DNA from: an uncultured Fibrobacterota bacterium
GTDB taxonomy: Bacteria > Fibrobacterota > Chitinivibrionia > Chitinivibrionales > FEN-1185
Assembly (NCBI GenBank): GCA_963729895.1
Contig: CAVSQB010000026.1
Span: 32,001 to 96,000, forward strand
Length of the DNA stretch: 64,000 nucleotides
Direction of reading: 5' to 3'
The notes under the pieces are model-generated. The model saw only the letters and a program-made list of their open reading frames with translations. It did no database searches and had not been told where the DNA came from. Shown piece by piece: positions 18,665-28,614 of this stretch. Within the stretch, counting starts at the first letter, position 1, and the number at the start of each line of letters is the position of its first letter. The position numbers were made by a program, and so were the translations under genes.

Positions 18665-19363
18665 TTACCAGCACTTCTGTTTCGATTTCCATTTGTCGTC
18701 CCACTTCTTGAGCCAGGCGGCGAGATCGTCGGACGGCGTGCAGATTTTGTTGTCCTGGAAATCAACGTAGGTAAGGCCCTTCATCTTGGTAATGGTGGGT
18801 GGTAGGGTAATGAGCCGGTTGTTCATAAGGTACAGCTCGCGAAGCGACGCGAGCTTGCTTATTTCCTCGGGCAGCGAGGTGAAACGGTTGCCCCACAGTT
18901 GCAGCACCTTGAGCGACTTGAGCGCAAATAGCTCACGAGGCAGCATGGTAAGCTGGTTCTGGCGAAGGTCCAGTTCCTGCAGCGCGGTGCAGTTCCCCAG
19001 CTCGGGGGGTAATTCGGTTATCTGGTTGTACTGCAGGTCGAGCTTGACAAGATTTGCAAGTGCGCCGATTTCAGCAGGAATCTGGGTGATGTCGTTTCTG
19101 CCGAGAAGCAGCGTGGTGAGACCCGTGAGTTTTCCGATGTCGGGCGGGACACTCTTGATGCCGCCCTTCTCCATTTCTTTATTTGTCAAATCCAGATATA
19201 CTATCCTCCCGAGCGAGTCTGTTTTGATTACGCTCTCTACACTGGTGCTTTTCTGGCCGGCGCTGTCGAGAAAGGCCCGCACCACCGCAATCTCATCGGC
19301 ATTGCCCTGGCCGAACACCGATGCAACCGCCGCGGCGCCCAGCAAAACAACCATGTGCTTCAT
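18665..19363 (-). CDS. Exported leucine-rich-repeat protein
   Basis: Signal peptide MKHMVVLLGAAAVASVFG and about six 23-aa LxxLxLxxNxLxxLPxEI repeats. Confidence 0.88.
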   Translation of the reverse strand: MKHMVVLLGAAAVASVFGQGNADEIAVVRAFLDSAGQKSTSVESVIKTDSLGRIVYLDLTNKEMEKGGIKSVPPDIGKLTGLTTLLLGRNDITQIPAEIGALANLVKLDLQYNQITELPPELGNCTALQELDLRQNQLTMLPRELFALKSLKVLQLWGNRFTSLPEEISKLASLRELYLMNNRLITLPPTITKMKGLTYVDFQDNKICTPSDDLAAWLKKWDDKWKSKQKCW

Positions 19364-19679
19364 ACCAGCTCCCCTTGGAAACTCAGTTATGCATTTGTAA
19401 AGTGTGCCCTTAATATACTTCGGATGGGAAGTAAAGTCAAATGAACCGGGCCGGCGCCGAAGGCTCGTGCTCGAAACCGGGGGTTTGCCGGCGCGGAATC
19501 TTCGCAGGGTCAAAACGCTCCACCCCGCCCGCACAAAATCACCGTTGCTTCACCCGCGAGTGAGATGCTTGCCCCCGAAGGAGCGTAATACGTAGTTTTG
19601 AAGCAGGTTGTTGTGGAGTGTCCGACTTGCCGTGATCAAGCAAGCGGCCTGCCGTTTTTCAGCCGTCGAAAGGCCTCCA

Positions 19680-19994
19680 GTGAAAACCCTTCACCTTGCC
19701 CTGATTGTGTCCGCGTCGGTCGTTGCCGTTTTTCTTTTCTCCTGCGCCGCGACGCAACCGCCGTTAATTTCGCATGTCAATGGCGCACCCGGATTCTTCA
19801 AAGGGCTCTGGCAGGGATTCATCGCGCCCATCGCCTTTATTGCCAGCCTTTTTTCGGATCACGTCAGGATCTACGCATTTCCCAACGCGGGCAAATGGTA
19901 CGATTTCGGATTCATGCTCGGAATCGGCGGATTTTCGGGAGGTGTTTTTGCCGGGTCGAGACGCACAAGGCGGGGCGCACGGGAGCAACGGTGA
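19680..19994 (+). CDS. Small hypothetical membrane lipoprotein
   Basis: Lipobox LFSC and GFFKGLWQG...GKWYDFGF. Its stop overlaps the next start (GTGA). Confidence 0.7.
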   Translation: MKTLHLALIVSASVVAVFLFSCAATQPPLISHVNGAPGFFKGLWQGFIAPIAFIASLFSDHVRIYAFPNAGKWYDFGFMLGIGGFSGGVFAGSRRTRRGAREQR

Positions 19995-20860
19995 AATTCC
20001 TCACCCACCGTGTCGAATACATTGGACTCAGGATGGCCGAGATCCTCATGCTGGCGCCCCGCCCGGTTGCACTGTGGTTCGGGGCGGCAATCGGATCGAT
20101 GTTGTATTATGCAGGCGTGTATCGGAAGGTGGTTGAGCGGAATTTCGACCACACCGCTCTTTTTGACGAACGGGACAAACGGAAAATCATCAGGAGCCTC
20201 TACGCCAACATCGGCAGGTACGGGTCCGATTTCCTGCGCGCCGGCCGCACGCCCCCGCCGTACACCGTGGAAAACCTGGCCGCCGTCACCCGTGCCCTCT
20301 CCAAAGGCAAGGGCATGATCGCCGTTCTTGCACATTTCGGAAACTGGGAACTGCTCGCCTCAATTTTCGGATCGCATTTTCCCGACCTCAACGTGCTCGC
20401 CCGCCCCATGCACAACCCGTTGGTGGAACGATGGCTGTTTGCAAAACGGAAGAGTGCCAAGGTAACGCCCATCTACGCGTCAGGCGCGCTCCGCAAGATA
20501 GTGACCGTTCTCGGCCGCAACGGGATAATCGCCATGCTCATAGACCAGTACGCCGGGGAGCAAGGCACGCCCGTTCCCTTTCTCGGCAAGCCGGCCAACA
20601 CGGTCCGCACCGCGGCGGGAATTATTCACAAAACGGACTGCGGCGTCGTGCTCCCCTACGCGCTGCTGCAGCCGGACGGGTCGTACCGCGTCGTGATCGA
20701 AACTGCCCCAGCCATTGCCGTGTCACGGGACGGCAAGGAGGCGTTCATTGCGGCGGTCCAGCTCGCGCACAACGACGTGCTGTCTCGATGGATCAGGAAT
20801 TACCCGGACCATTATTTCGGATGGTTTCACCGGAGGTTCAAAGATGCGGTTTCGTATTAA
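19991..20860 (+). CDS. Lipid A late acyltransferase (LpxL/HtrB family)
   Basis: AHFGNWE, LIDQ, PFLG and WFHRRFK motifs. Confidence 0.9.
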   Translation: MKFLTHRVEYIGLRMAEILMLAPRPVALWFGAAIGSMLYYAGVYRKVVERNFDHTALFDERDKRKIIRSLYANIGRYGSDFLRAGRTPPPYTVENLAAVTRALSKGKGMIAVLAHFGNWELLASIFGSHFPDLNVLARPMHNPLVERWLFAKRKSAKVTPIYASGALRKIVTVLGRNGIIAMLIDQYAGEQGTPVPFLGKPANTVRTAAGIIHKTDCGVVLPYALLQPDGSYRVVIETAPAIAVSRDGKEAFIAAVQLAHNDVLSRWIRNYPDHYFGWFHRRFKDAVSY

Positions 20861-20877
20861 CTGTCAATCTATTCCCG

Positions 20878-21786
20878 TTAGAATTCCTGGATCCACAGCG
20901 GCCGGTACCCGTCGTACAAGCCTTCCCGGTAGTTGAGCATCACGATCTCGGTCTTCTTCCCGCGCTTGATATTCACAATGAACCGGTCGATTGTTTCCCG
21001 GGAAATAAAAAGGCCCTTGCCGTGTTCGTCAAGCAGGCCGATGGATACGCCGTTGTCCCCTTTGGTGGCATTGCGTTCGAGCCAGTAGAGAACTTCCTCT
21101 TTTTTCAAAATACCCTTCTGGTCACGCACGGCGACGCCCGCCTTCTCCTCGTCGGCGCCCCACTCGATGAAGATTTCCTCGTCGGCCGAAAGGTTCACCA
21201 CGAGCGGCCACGACTCCTTCCTGTCGCCCCGCTCGCTTTTTGCGCCGTAGTACACCGCATTGATGATAATCTCGTTAAGCACCTGCCTGAACGTGCGCTT
21301 GTGCCGGAGGTCGGGCATTTCCGCTATGATTTTCTGTATGACCCCTTCGATTTCGTTGGTGCTGCGGATACGAATCTGCTGGATGCCGCCGTGCACGTAG
21401 CGGTCGAGGCCGAACACGTCTTCGGACAGGATGTTCTTGACAAGCAGCCGCACCTCCTCGAAATTGAACGGCGTCGTCTTGGTGATGATGTTGCCGATAT
21501 TATAGTGCTTCGCCATGTACAGGTAGTCGCGGACGTCGTAGGCCGTGATGAGCGCGCTTTTGAGCGACGGATACAGGCGGCCCGCTTCCTTGATAAGCTC
21601 AAATCCCTTCATTCCCGGCATGTTGATATCAGAGAGAAGGAGGTCGAACGGCCCGGCGCTCAGGCGCTGAAGCGCTTCTTTCGCATCGCACGCGGTGGCC
21701 ACCGCGTACCCTTCGTCCCTGAGGAACTCGGAGAGCACGTCGAGGAAGTCCGCCTCGTCGTCAACCAGCAGCAGTTTTTCGTTCAT
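20878..21786 (-). CDS. Response regulator with C-terminal HATPase-like (RsbW-type) domain
   Basis: Receiver LLVDD...SDINMPG...ITAY...K; C-terminal LNEIIINAV, VRDQKG and GKGLFI. Confidence 0.85.
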   Translation of the reverse strand: MNEKLLLVDDEADFLDVLSEFLRDEGYAVATACDAKEALQRLSAGPFDLLLSDINMPGMKGFELIKEAGRLYPSLKSALITAYDVRDYLYMAKHYNIGNIITKTTPFNFEEVRLLVKNILSEDVFGLDRYVHGGIQQIRIRSTNEIEGVIQKIIAEMPDLRHKRTFRQVLNEIIINAVYYGAKSERGDRKESWPLVVNLSADEEIFIEWGADEEKAGVAVRDQKGILKKEEVLYWLERNATKGDNGVSIGLLDEHGKGLFISRETIDRFIVNIKRGKKTEIVMLNYREGLYDGYRPLWIQEF

Positions 21787-23293
21787 ACACCTTTCTCTTT
21801 CCCGAGGGGAGCCGCACAAAAAATGACGTGTTCTGCGGTTCGGACGCGAACCAGATTTCTCCCCCGGAATCCTGGATGATCTTGTACGCCACGGCGAGAC
21901 CGAGACCCGTCCCTTTGCCCGGTTCTTTTGTGGTAAAGAAGGGATCGAATATCCTGTCTTTGGCGGCCGACTCGATGCCGGAGCCGGTGTCGTGGATCTC
22001 CACGAGCACCGTGTCCTGCGCGTCGGCCCTCGTACTGAGCCGAAGCACGCCTTTGCCCGACATGGCATCGGCTGCATTGAGCACGATGTTGAGGAATATC
22101 TGGACAAACCGGGAACGGTCGCCGAACACCACAAGTCCCGCCCGGTAGTCCTTTTCCATCGTTATGCCGTCGAATATGCTCAGATATTCCACGTGCGCGA
22201 GGGTTTCGTCGAGAACGTCTTCTACTTTGTGAAGCATCGGTTGTGTGGCCTTGTAGCGTGTGTAGTCGAGAAGGCTGTTGAGGATGGAGGCGCACCTGTT
22301 CACCTGGCCGTCAATCGATTCGAAGTTCTTGGCCGCCCACTCCTTGTTCCATTCCGTTTTCTTGAGCGCCATCTGCGATCGCGCGCTGATGATGGACAGG
22401 GGATTGCGCAGTTCGTGCGCAAGCCCGGACAGCATGGTGCTCACGGTCGCGAGCTTTTCCGATCTATAAAGTTGGGCGGTGGTATTCTCCTGCTCCGAAA
22501 TGTCGTTGATGAGCATAAGAAGGCCGACGGGGTTGTGCGCGTGGTCGTTCATCCGGTAGTTGGCGATTTCCAGCACGGCATCGTCGACCGTGATCTTCTT
22601 CATTTCGTGCCGCTTCCATTGGCCGGAGATCCTTGTGAGCGCATTCTCCACGAAGCGCGATATCTTTTCGGGAAATACCTCGCGATACGCGGCGCCAACG
22701 ATATCGTTCTTTGTCAGTTTGAGCAGTCTGCGGGCATACTCGTTGATAAGGAAGATATTTCCCGTTGTGTCAACAACCACAAGGCCTGAGGTGATGGACC
22801 CGGTGATGTTGACATTGATCTCCCGTTCGTGCTCCACAATGCGGTTGCGGAGGTTCATTTCCTTCTGCAGGAGATCTTTTTCGTCGGCCGCCTGCTGGTA
22901 GGCTCGCACCACGGTGTCGAGCCCGGCCCCCAGGTACATGCGGTCGATCCTGCTCGTGGCAAGCCCGTTTGCCACCTCGTACGCGTACACGCGTTCGAGT
23001 GTCCCTTCGTCAAGCGCGCGTCTGAGCGCGGGGGAAATGCGGCCCGGGTCGCTTATGTACACGGCGATGGGCACGCCGTTGCTTACGAAATAGAGCCGTT
23101 CCATGTCTTCGGCCATTGCCCCGCCGATGGCTTCCTGGCTGATGAGCACCACGGCAAACGGGACGTCTATGTCGAGAATGGAGGGTATGTCGGGCACGAG
23201 GAGCGGGTTGTACCCGTGTGACAACAGCTGGCTGCTCAGCTCGGGGACATCGATGGTGACAAGAAGGACGTTCGCGATATTCATGTGGTGCAT
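21761..23293 (-). CDS. Cytoplasmic PAS-domain sensor histidine kinase
   Basis: PAS (ITSGLVVVD...INEYA), H-box LAHELRNPL, NIVLNA, DTGSG, FDPFFTTK and GTGLGL. Confidence 0.93.
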   Translation of the reverse strand: MHHMNIANVLLVTIDVPELSSQLLSHGYNPLLVPDIPSILDIDVPFAVVLISQEAIGGAMAEDMERLYFVSNGVPIAVYISDPGRISPALRRALDEGTLERVYAYEVANGLATSRIDRMYLGAGLDTVVRAYQQAADEKDLLQKEMNLRNRIVEHEREINVNITGSITSGLVVVDTTGNIFLINEYARRLLKLTKNDIVGAAYREVFPEKISRFVENALTRISGQWKRHEMKKITVDDAVLEIANYRMNDHAHNPVGLLMLINDISEQENTTAQLYRSEKLATVSTMLSGLAHELRNPLSIISARSQMALKKTEWNKEWAAKNFESIDGQVNRCASILNSLLDYTRYKATQPMLHKVEDVLDETLAHVEYLSIFDGITMEKDYRAGLVVFGDRSRFVQIFLNIVLNAADAMSGKGVLRLSTRADAQDTVLVEIHDTGSGIESAAKDRIFDPFFTTKEPGKGTGLGLAVAYKIIQDSGGEIWFASEPQNTSFFVRLPSGKRKVYERKTAAG

Positions 23294-23412
23294 CCGTCGT
23301 ACGCCGGACCGAACGCGTTGCGGTCCGGCGGTGAATCCGTAAAAACGGGCATTCTCTATTATATCCTGTTTGGAGCGCCATGTCCATGCCTGAACCGCCT
23401 ACCTTTTCAGGC

Positions 23413-24717
23413 CGCATTGCCTCAAATTAAATGTAACCGAAGGCTTAATCGAAACACGCACCAATTGATTCGTTGCCTCATAATTAAGGTAACCCAAGAA
23501 AAAAGGGGGTTACCACTATGGGGCACAAAGAAAAAGAAGCATATCGGGAAGCGATACGACAACGATATGCCCATTCCAACAGAGCCGGCAAAAAGCAGAT
23601 TCTCGATGAGTTTTGTGCGATTTGCCGATACAATCGCAAGTACGCTATCCGGCTACTTGGAAAACGCAAACAGAAACAAAAAGCCAAGCGTGGAAGAAGA
23701 CCCTTATATGCTGAACCGCTTTTTATTAAGGCGTTACAGTACATCTGGAAAGCCTCTGATTTCATGTGCTCTCGCCGCCTTAAGGTTGTCATTCCAGTAT
23801 GGCTGCCATTCTACGAACAATCCTTTGAACTGCTTTCCGAGGAAGTCCGTGCGCGGCTCCTCTCTGTCAGCCGCTCCACGCTTGACCGCGTCCTATGCCC
23901 TTTACGTACGCGTATGGGCAAGGGATTGTGCGGCACCAAGCCCGGCTCCATGCTGCGCAATCAAATCCCCATCCGTACCGACAACTGGGATATTACCCAG
24001 CCTGGATTCATGGAGGCGGATACGGTTGCCCATTGCGGCACCAGCCTTGCCGGAGAATTTGTGTGGAGCCTTATCATGACTGACATCCATACTGCTTGGA
24101 CCGAAGGCCGTGCTGTGTGGAATAAGGGCTCCCAGGGTGTCATTGAGCAGGTTAAAGACATCGAACGACGAATACCTTTTGCCCTGCGTGGCTTTGACTG
24201 TGATAACGGGTCCGAGTTCCTCAACTATCATCTCGAACGCTACTTCGCCGTGCGACAAGACCCTGTAAAGTTCACCCGGTCACGTCCCTACAAGAAAAAC
24301 GACAACGCCCATGTCGAACAGAAAAACTGGGCGCAGGCCAGGCACATGCTTGGTTATGATCGGATCGAAAACCCCGACACGCTTCCCCTCATTAACGACC
24401 TCTATGCCAACGAGTGGTCTCTCTATCAAAACCACTTCTGTCCATCGCTGAAACTCAAATCTAAAATCCGGATAGGATCTCGATACCGCAAGACCTATGA
24501 AGAACCGAAAACTCCCTATCAAAGAATCGTTGAATCACCTTACATAGCTTCAGAAGTCAAGCAAAGCCTTGAACTGACCCACCGTGCTCTCAATCCATTC
24601 CAATTAAAAAAGACTATCGAAAGAAAACTCAAAACCATTTTCAACCTTGTTACGGTTACCTCATTTGTGAGGCATCGAATCTGACCCTTCGGTTACCTTT
24701 TATTATGAGGCAACACG
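23413..24717 (+). mobile_element. 1305-bp insertion sequence, copy 2
   Basis: Same ends and transposase as copy 1; 4-bp target duplication AGGC (23409-23412, 24718-24721). Confidence 0.93.
23518..24684 (+). CDS. DDE transposase (identical protein to 9965-11131)
   Basis: Identical 388-aa translation. Confidence 0.93.
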   Translation: MGHKEKEAYREAIRQRYAHSNRAGKKQILDEFCAICRYNRKYAIRLLGKRKQKQKAKRGRRPLYAEPLFIKALQYIWKASDFMCSRRLKVVIPVWLPFYEQSFELLSEEVRARLLSVSRSTLDRVLCPLRTRMGKGLCGTKPGSMLRNQIPIRTDNWDITQPGFMEADTVAHCGTSLAGEFVWSLIMTDIHTAWTEGRAVWNKGSQGVIEQVKDIERRIPFALRGFDCDNGSEFLNYHLERYFAVRQDPVKFTRSRPYKKNDNAHVEQKNWAQARHMLGYDRIENPDTLPLINDLYANEWSLYQNHFCPSLKLKSKIRIGSRYRKTYEEPKTPYQRIVESPYIASEVKQSLELTHRALNPFQLKKTIERKLKTIFNLVTVTSFVRHRI

Positions 24718-25478
24718 AGGCGCGCCATCAGCCGTCGCCCCTCTGCCTGGAGCGTATCATCCTGATGCCAGGCTCGCGGATAGGACGCCATGCGTTCCAG
24801 AATGTCGATTGCTTCTTTCCTGCGTCCCATTGCGACGTACGTCCGGGCAAGCTCCAAATTGGCGTACACATTTTGCGGCGCAAGGTCTGTCGCCTTCAGA
24901 AGCGAACGCTCCGATTCGGCAAGCGTCCCCCGGGGCGCCCATCCGTAGAAAATGCCGGCCAGCGTCCGCAGGATCGGGCTCGCCTCCGCGACCTCCCTGC
25001 AATAGGCTCCCAAGACGATATACGCGGGAGCGAACCCGGGGGCTTTCGCAATTGACGTGCGAATATTGGAATCGATGATCCGTGCCAAACTGATCCGCTG
25101 CAGCCCGGTTTTGTATTCTTCGAGATCGGCGGCGGCAACAGCGGTGAGAAAATAGGACTGGCCCGAATCGGGGTACCGTTTTCGAAGGGTGTCGGCATAC
25201 CGTAGTCCCTCTAGATACAGCGTATCGGATTTTCTCGAGTACATGTCTTCGCCCGCATCGATGAACGCACGCGCGGTTTTCATGATGGCATCGTATCTGT
25301 CAGGGCATTCGCTCGCCGCTCGGGAAAACCTTTTGAGGGCCGTTGCGTTGTCGAACCGTGCATACGCGGCGTCCCCGGAGTCGAGCTGCACCTGGCACGG
25401 CGGCGTTTCGGCGCGCACAAGCAACGCTTGCAGTATCACCGCCGCACAAGCCCACGCGCGTATACCCTGCACGATCAT
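24693..25478 (-). CDS. Exported TPR-like protein, C-terminus altered by the IS
   Basis: Signal peptide and helical repeats; ATGA overlap with the upstream methyltransferase. The last codons come from the IS end. Confidence 0.75.
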   Translation of the reverse strand: MIVQGIRAWACAAVILQALLVRAETPPCQVQLDSGDAAYARFDNATALKRFSRAASECPDRYDAIMKTARAFIDAGEDMYSRKSDTLYLEGLRYADTLRKRYPDSGQSYFLTAVAAADLEEYKTGLQRISLARIIDSNIRTSIAKAPGFAPAYIVLGAYCREVAEASPILRTLAGIFYGWAPRGTLAESERSLLKATDLAPQNVYANLELARTYVAMGRRKEAIDILERMASYPRAWHQDDTLQAEGRRLMARLVLPHNKR

Positions 25479-26251
25479 GACGCCGTCTCCGCAATAGCAC
25501 TGACGGATGCTCCCGTCTGCAGCAGTCCCGTTTCCTTCAGGCAACAGAGGAACACTCTTCCCGGGTGCAGCGTGCCCACCATGAAAGGCGTTGGAAAAGA
25601 CGCCCGCGTCGCCAGATCGGCCAATTCCTGCTTGAGAAACCCCTTGCGAATAGAGAGCCTTCCGTCGTGACGGGACAAACCGCTATGCAAGAAAGCCTGG
25701 CTGAACAGTGCGAACCCGGCGTATGCCGGAGCGCTGCGGGCCAGATCGTTGATGAGAAAACCGCAACGCGAAACATCATGGATCTTCTTGATAAGCCCGG
25801 GGATCTCGGTTGATTCAATGTGGTGCAGGAAATGATTGGAGAAGATATAGTCGATGCGACTGTCTATTTCGTCTAATGAAGACGCCGATGCTTCGCAAAC
25901 TATGATGTCGCTTCGGCCGTGCGCGGCACGCCTGCAGTATGCAACCGCCCGGGGATCGTTGTCGATGCATAGGACCCGCACGTTCAAACCGTTGTGGCGG
26001 CACACTCCAGTAAACCACAAGGCAAAATCGCACCCGCCCGCGCCGAGGTCGGCCACAATAAGTTCCCTGCCGCCCTGCTTCAGCATGTGGGGTAGAAGAT
26101 ACCGTTTGACAAGTGTGCGGCTGCGGGAAAACAACAGGTTGACGATCCTGAAATCCCGCAGCGTGCGGATCAATTCCTCTTCCGATCCTGTGGTATCGTC
26201 CATCCGCTCAGGCACAAAAAAACGCGCGGACATGTCGGGTATTTGAAACAT
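25475..26251 (-). CDS. SAM-dependent methyltransferase of the type commonly found beside type III PKS genes
   Basis: ERMDD, DLGAGGCD, SNHFLHH, INDLARS and HDGRLSIRKGF motifs. Confidence 0.88.
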   Translation of the reverse strand: MFQIPDMSARFFVPERMDDTTGSEEELIRTLRDFRIVNLLFSRSRTLVKRYLLPHMLKQGGRELIVADLGAGGCDFALWFTGVCRHNGLNVRVLCIDNDPRAVAYCRRAAHGRSDIIVCEASASSLDEIDSRIDYIFSNHFLHHIESTEIPGLIKKIHDVSRCGFLINDLARSAPAYAGFALFSQAFLHSGLSRHDGRLSIRKGFLKQELADLATRASFPTPFMVGTLHPGRVFLCCLKETGLLQTGASVSAIAETAS

Positions 26252-26343
26252 GGCGACCCGATAGTAGTTTGTAGTGAAGGCCCGATCCGCGAAAGAACGC
26301 TTCGGATCGGGCATCTTTTACAAGTAGCCGCAACATTCATACC

Positions 26344-27066
26344 ATGGCCAAGCGACATCAAAGAGATTTTCTCGCCGAACCGCTCTCAAAACGCTCGTAC
26401 AACCAATGGCTTTTCGGGATTGTTGCAAAACGCTACGGCCTCGTAACGCGAGGCCTTTCGTTTGGCAGGGACTCGTCCTGGAAGAAAGGATTGGCGTCCA
26501 GGATCACCGCAAACAATTCGCCCCGTGTCATTGATATTGCATCGGGAAACGGCGATCTGGCGCTGGCGCTCCTGCGGAAGTTTCCTGATGCGCGAGTCGC
26601 CGCCGCAGACCTTAACCCGAAGATGTTTTTCTCGGCCCACAAAGAGCGCCATCCCGGCGTCGCGTTTGCGGCCCAGGACATGGGGGCACTCGGGTTCAAG
26701 ACCGCGTGCGCGGATATCGTGACGGGCGGCTATGCGCTTCGCAACGCACCCGACCTTCAAATAACCCTCGCGGAAGTCAAAAGGGTGCTTAAGACGGGCG
26801 GCACGGCGGCCTTCCTTGATTTTTCCAAACCGCCCAACGCGCTCGCCGCGGCAATCGAATACGCGCTGCTCAAATTCTGGGGCAGCCTGTGGGGCCTTGT
26901 GCTCCATGGCAACCCCGAAATCTACGGCTACATTGCCGAAAGCCTGCGCCTGTTTCCGGACCGCCCGGCACTCCATTCGCTGCTGGCGGAATCCGGTCTT
27001 CCCGTAACGCAATCAAAACGGTTCATTTTCGGGATTGTCGAACTTATCATCTGCCGGGCGAAATAA
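26344..27066 (+). CDS. UbiE/MenG-like methyltransferase
   Basis: LSFGRD..WK, DIASGNGD, GYALRN, RVLKTGG...LDFSKP and YIAESL..FP motifs. Confidence 0.88.
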   Translation: MAKRHQRDFLAEPLSKRSYNQWLFGIVAKRYGLVTRGLSFGRDSSWKKGLASRITANNSPRVIDIASGNGDLALALLRKFPDARVAAADLNPKMFFSAHKERHPGVAFAAQDMGALGFKTACADIVTGGYALRNAPDLQITLAEVKRVLKTGGTAAFLDFSKPPNALAAAIEYALLKFWGSLWGLVLHGNPEIYGYIAESLRLFPDRPALHSLLAESGLPVTQSKRFIFGIVELIICRAK

Positions 27067-27068
27067 CG

Positions 27069-28157
27069 TCATCCTCGTAACAAATAGGCGTGTGCAGAAA
27101 ACCCCGCGCCGAATGCAACCATCACGCACCATTCTCCGGGCGCGATTCCGGCCGCCGCAAGGCGCTCCAGCTCGAACAGCACGGTCGGCGACGACATGTT
27201 GCCAAAGTCCCGAAGCACCTGTCTGGTGACCGCCAGTTGTTCCTCGGAAAGTCCAAGACCGGTCTTGATCGATTCGATGATCCTGTCGCCTCCCGGATGC
27301 ACGGCCCAGTGTTTGATGCCGCGGACGTTCAAACCGTGCCGCTCCAGCAGCGCGCGGATCATCGGCGGTACCGCTTCCCCCACGACTTTTGCAAGCTGCG
27401 GCGACAATTTATTGTGAAGCCGGCCCTTGTTGTAGACGTACCGGACGTCTTCGCGGAACGCCGGGTCATAACGGCTGATGCTTGACACAAGCGAAATGCC
27501 CTCGCTTCCGCGCCGGAGCACGGTCGCTCCGGCCCCGTCGCCGAAAATGGCGTTGGAAATAACGAGGCTGATATCATCGCCCATCTGGTAGGTGGCGCTG
27601 CAAATCTCCACCGACACGCACACGGCGATGCCGTCACCCGCGCCGGCAAGCAGCCGCTCGCCCACCTGGAGGCAGGGGACCGCGCCGCCGCATCCGCTGC
27701 CCACAAGATCAAAGGCGCCGACGGCGGGAGAGAGCCCGAGGCGCTCGACAAGATAGGTCGAAAGACCCGGGCAGATATAACCCGTGCAGGTGTTTACGAC
27801 GAGGGCCGTGATATCGCTGCATGAACAGTCTTGTCCGGCCAGCGCCCGGGTGACGGCCTGCGCGGAAAGATCGACGGCCCAGCGGGTGAACCTGTCGATA
27901 CGGCGATCTGGGTCTTCTTCCTTGAGCATCACCAGTTGTTCCTCGTTGTCAACAGCCACGTGGCGCTGCCTGATGCTCGGATGAGACAGAACCTGGTGCA
28001 GCACCTCCAGGGTGCGCGGCTTGAGAATGCCGGCATAATGCCGCGACATGAGCGTGTCGGCCGTGCCTTGATCCACCACGAACGGCGGGGCCGCCGTTCC
28101 GATGCCGGCGATCCGCGGCCCTTGAAGTCCGTTTCGTGCCGAGGCGTGCGTCGTCAT
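27069..28157 (-). CDS. Type III polyketide synthase (chalcone synthase-like)
   Basis: Catalytic Cys (GSGCGG), His (HPGG) and Asn (GNMSS), plus FGDGA and AFGAG. Confidence 0.93.
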   Translation of the reverse strand: MTTHASARNGLQGPRIAGIGTAAPPFVVDQGTADTLMSRHYAGILKPRTLEVLHQVLSHPSIRQRHVAVDNEEQLVMLKEEDPDRRIDRFTRWAVDLSAQAVTRALAGQDCSCSDITALVVNTCTGYICPGLSTYLVERLGLSPAVGAFDLVGSGCGGAVPCLQVGERLLAGAGDGIAVCVSVEICSATYQMGDDISLVISNAIFGDGAGATVLRRGSEGISLVSSISRYDPAFREDVRYVYNKGRLHNKLSPQLAKVVGEAVPPMIRALLERHGLNVRGIKHWAVHPGGDRIIESIKTGLGLSEEQLAVTRQVLRDFGNMSSPTVLFELERLAAAGIAPGEWCVMVAFGAGFSAHAYLLRG

Positions 28158-28347
28158 AAGTTTCCCTGTTGTTCCAATTAATGCTTCACGGGCCGCACGG
28201 AGTATTTATTTTAGATTTGAATGTTGTGGAGTCCCGCGGACGGTTCGGCTGGTGCGGGCGCAACGGATAAATATAGCTATTAGCGAAGAGAAATCGTACC
28301 CATTCGTTATACAACGCCTGCGGTTTCCGAATTGAAAGGAACTCCCT

Positions 28348-28614
28348 ATGGAACTTGTCGGTAACGATGCGCTTATCATGGCCCGGATGGCAAAAGTGAT
28401 AGGTGAAGTCCTCAAACCGGGCAGCCAGCCGCTCACCTTTGACAAACGCTTCAAGGAAGACCTGGGCGCCGATTCTCTCGACATCGTTTCCCTCCTCATG
28501 GCGCTCGAGGAGGAATTTCACACCCAGATATCAGACCAGGAAGCGGCCGGGTTCACGACGGTAGGCGCAGTGTTCGACTATGTCAAGGCGCGGGCCGCCC
28601 TCGCGCATTCATGA
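28348..28614 (+). CDS. Acyl carrier protein (second, cluster-specific copy)
   Basis: DLGADSLD phosphopantetheine motif and LEEEF. Confidence 0.92.
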   Translation: MELVGNDALIMARMAKVIGEVLKPGSQPLTFDKRFKEDLGADSLDIVSLLMALEEEFHTQISDQEAAGFTTVGAVFDYVKARAALAHS

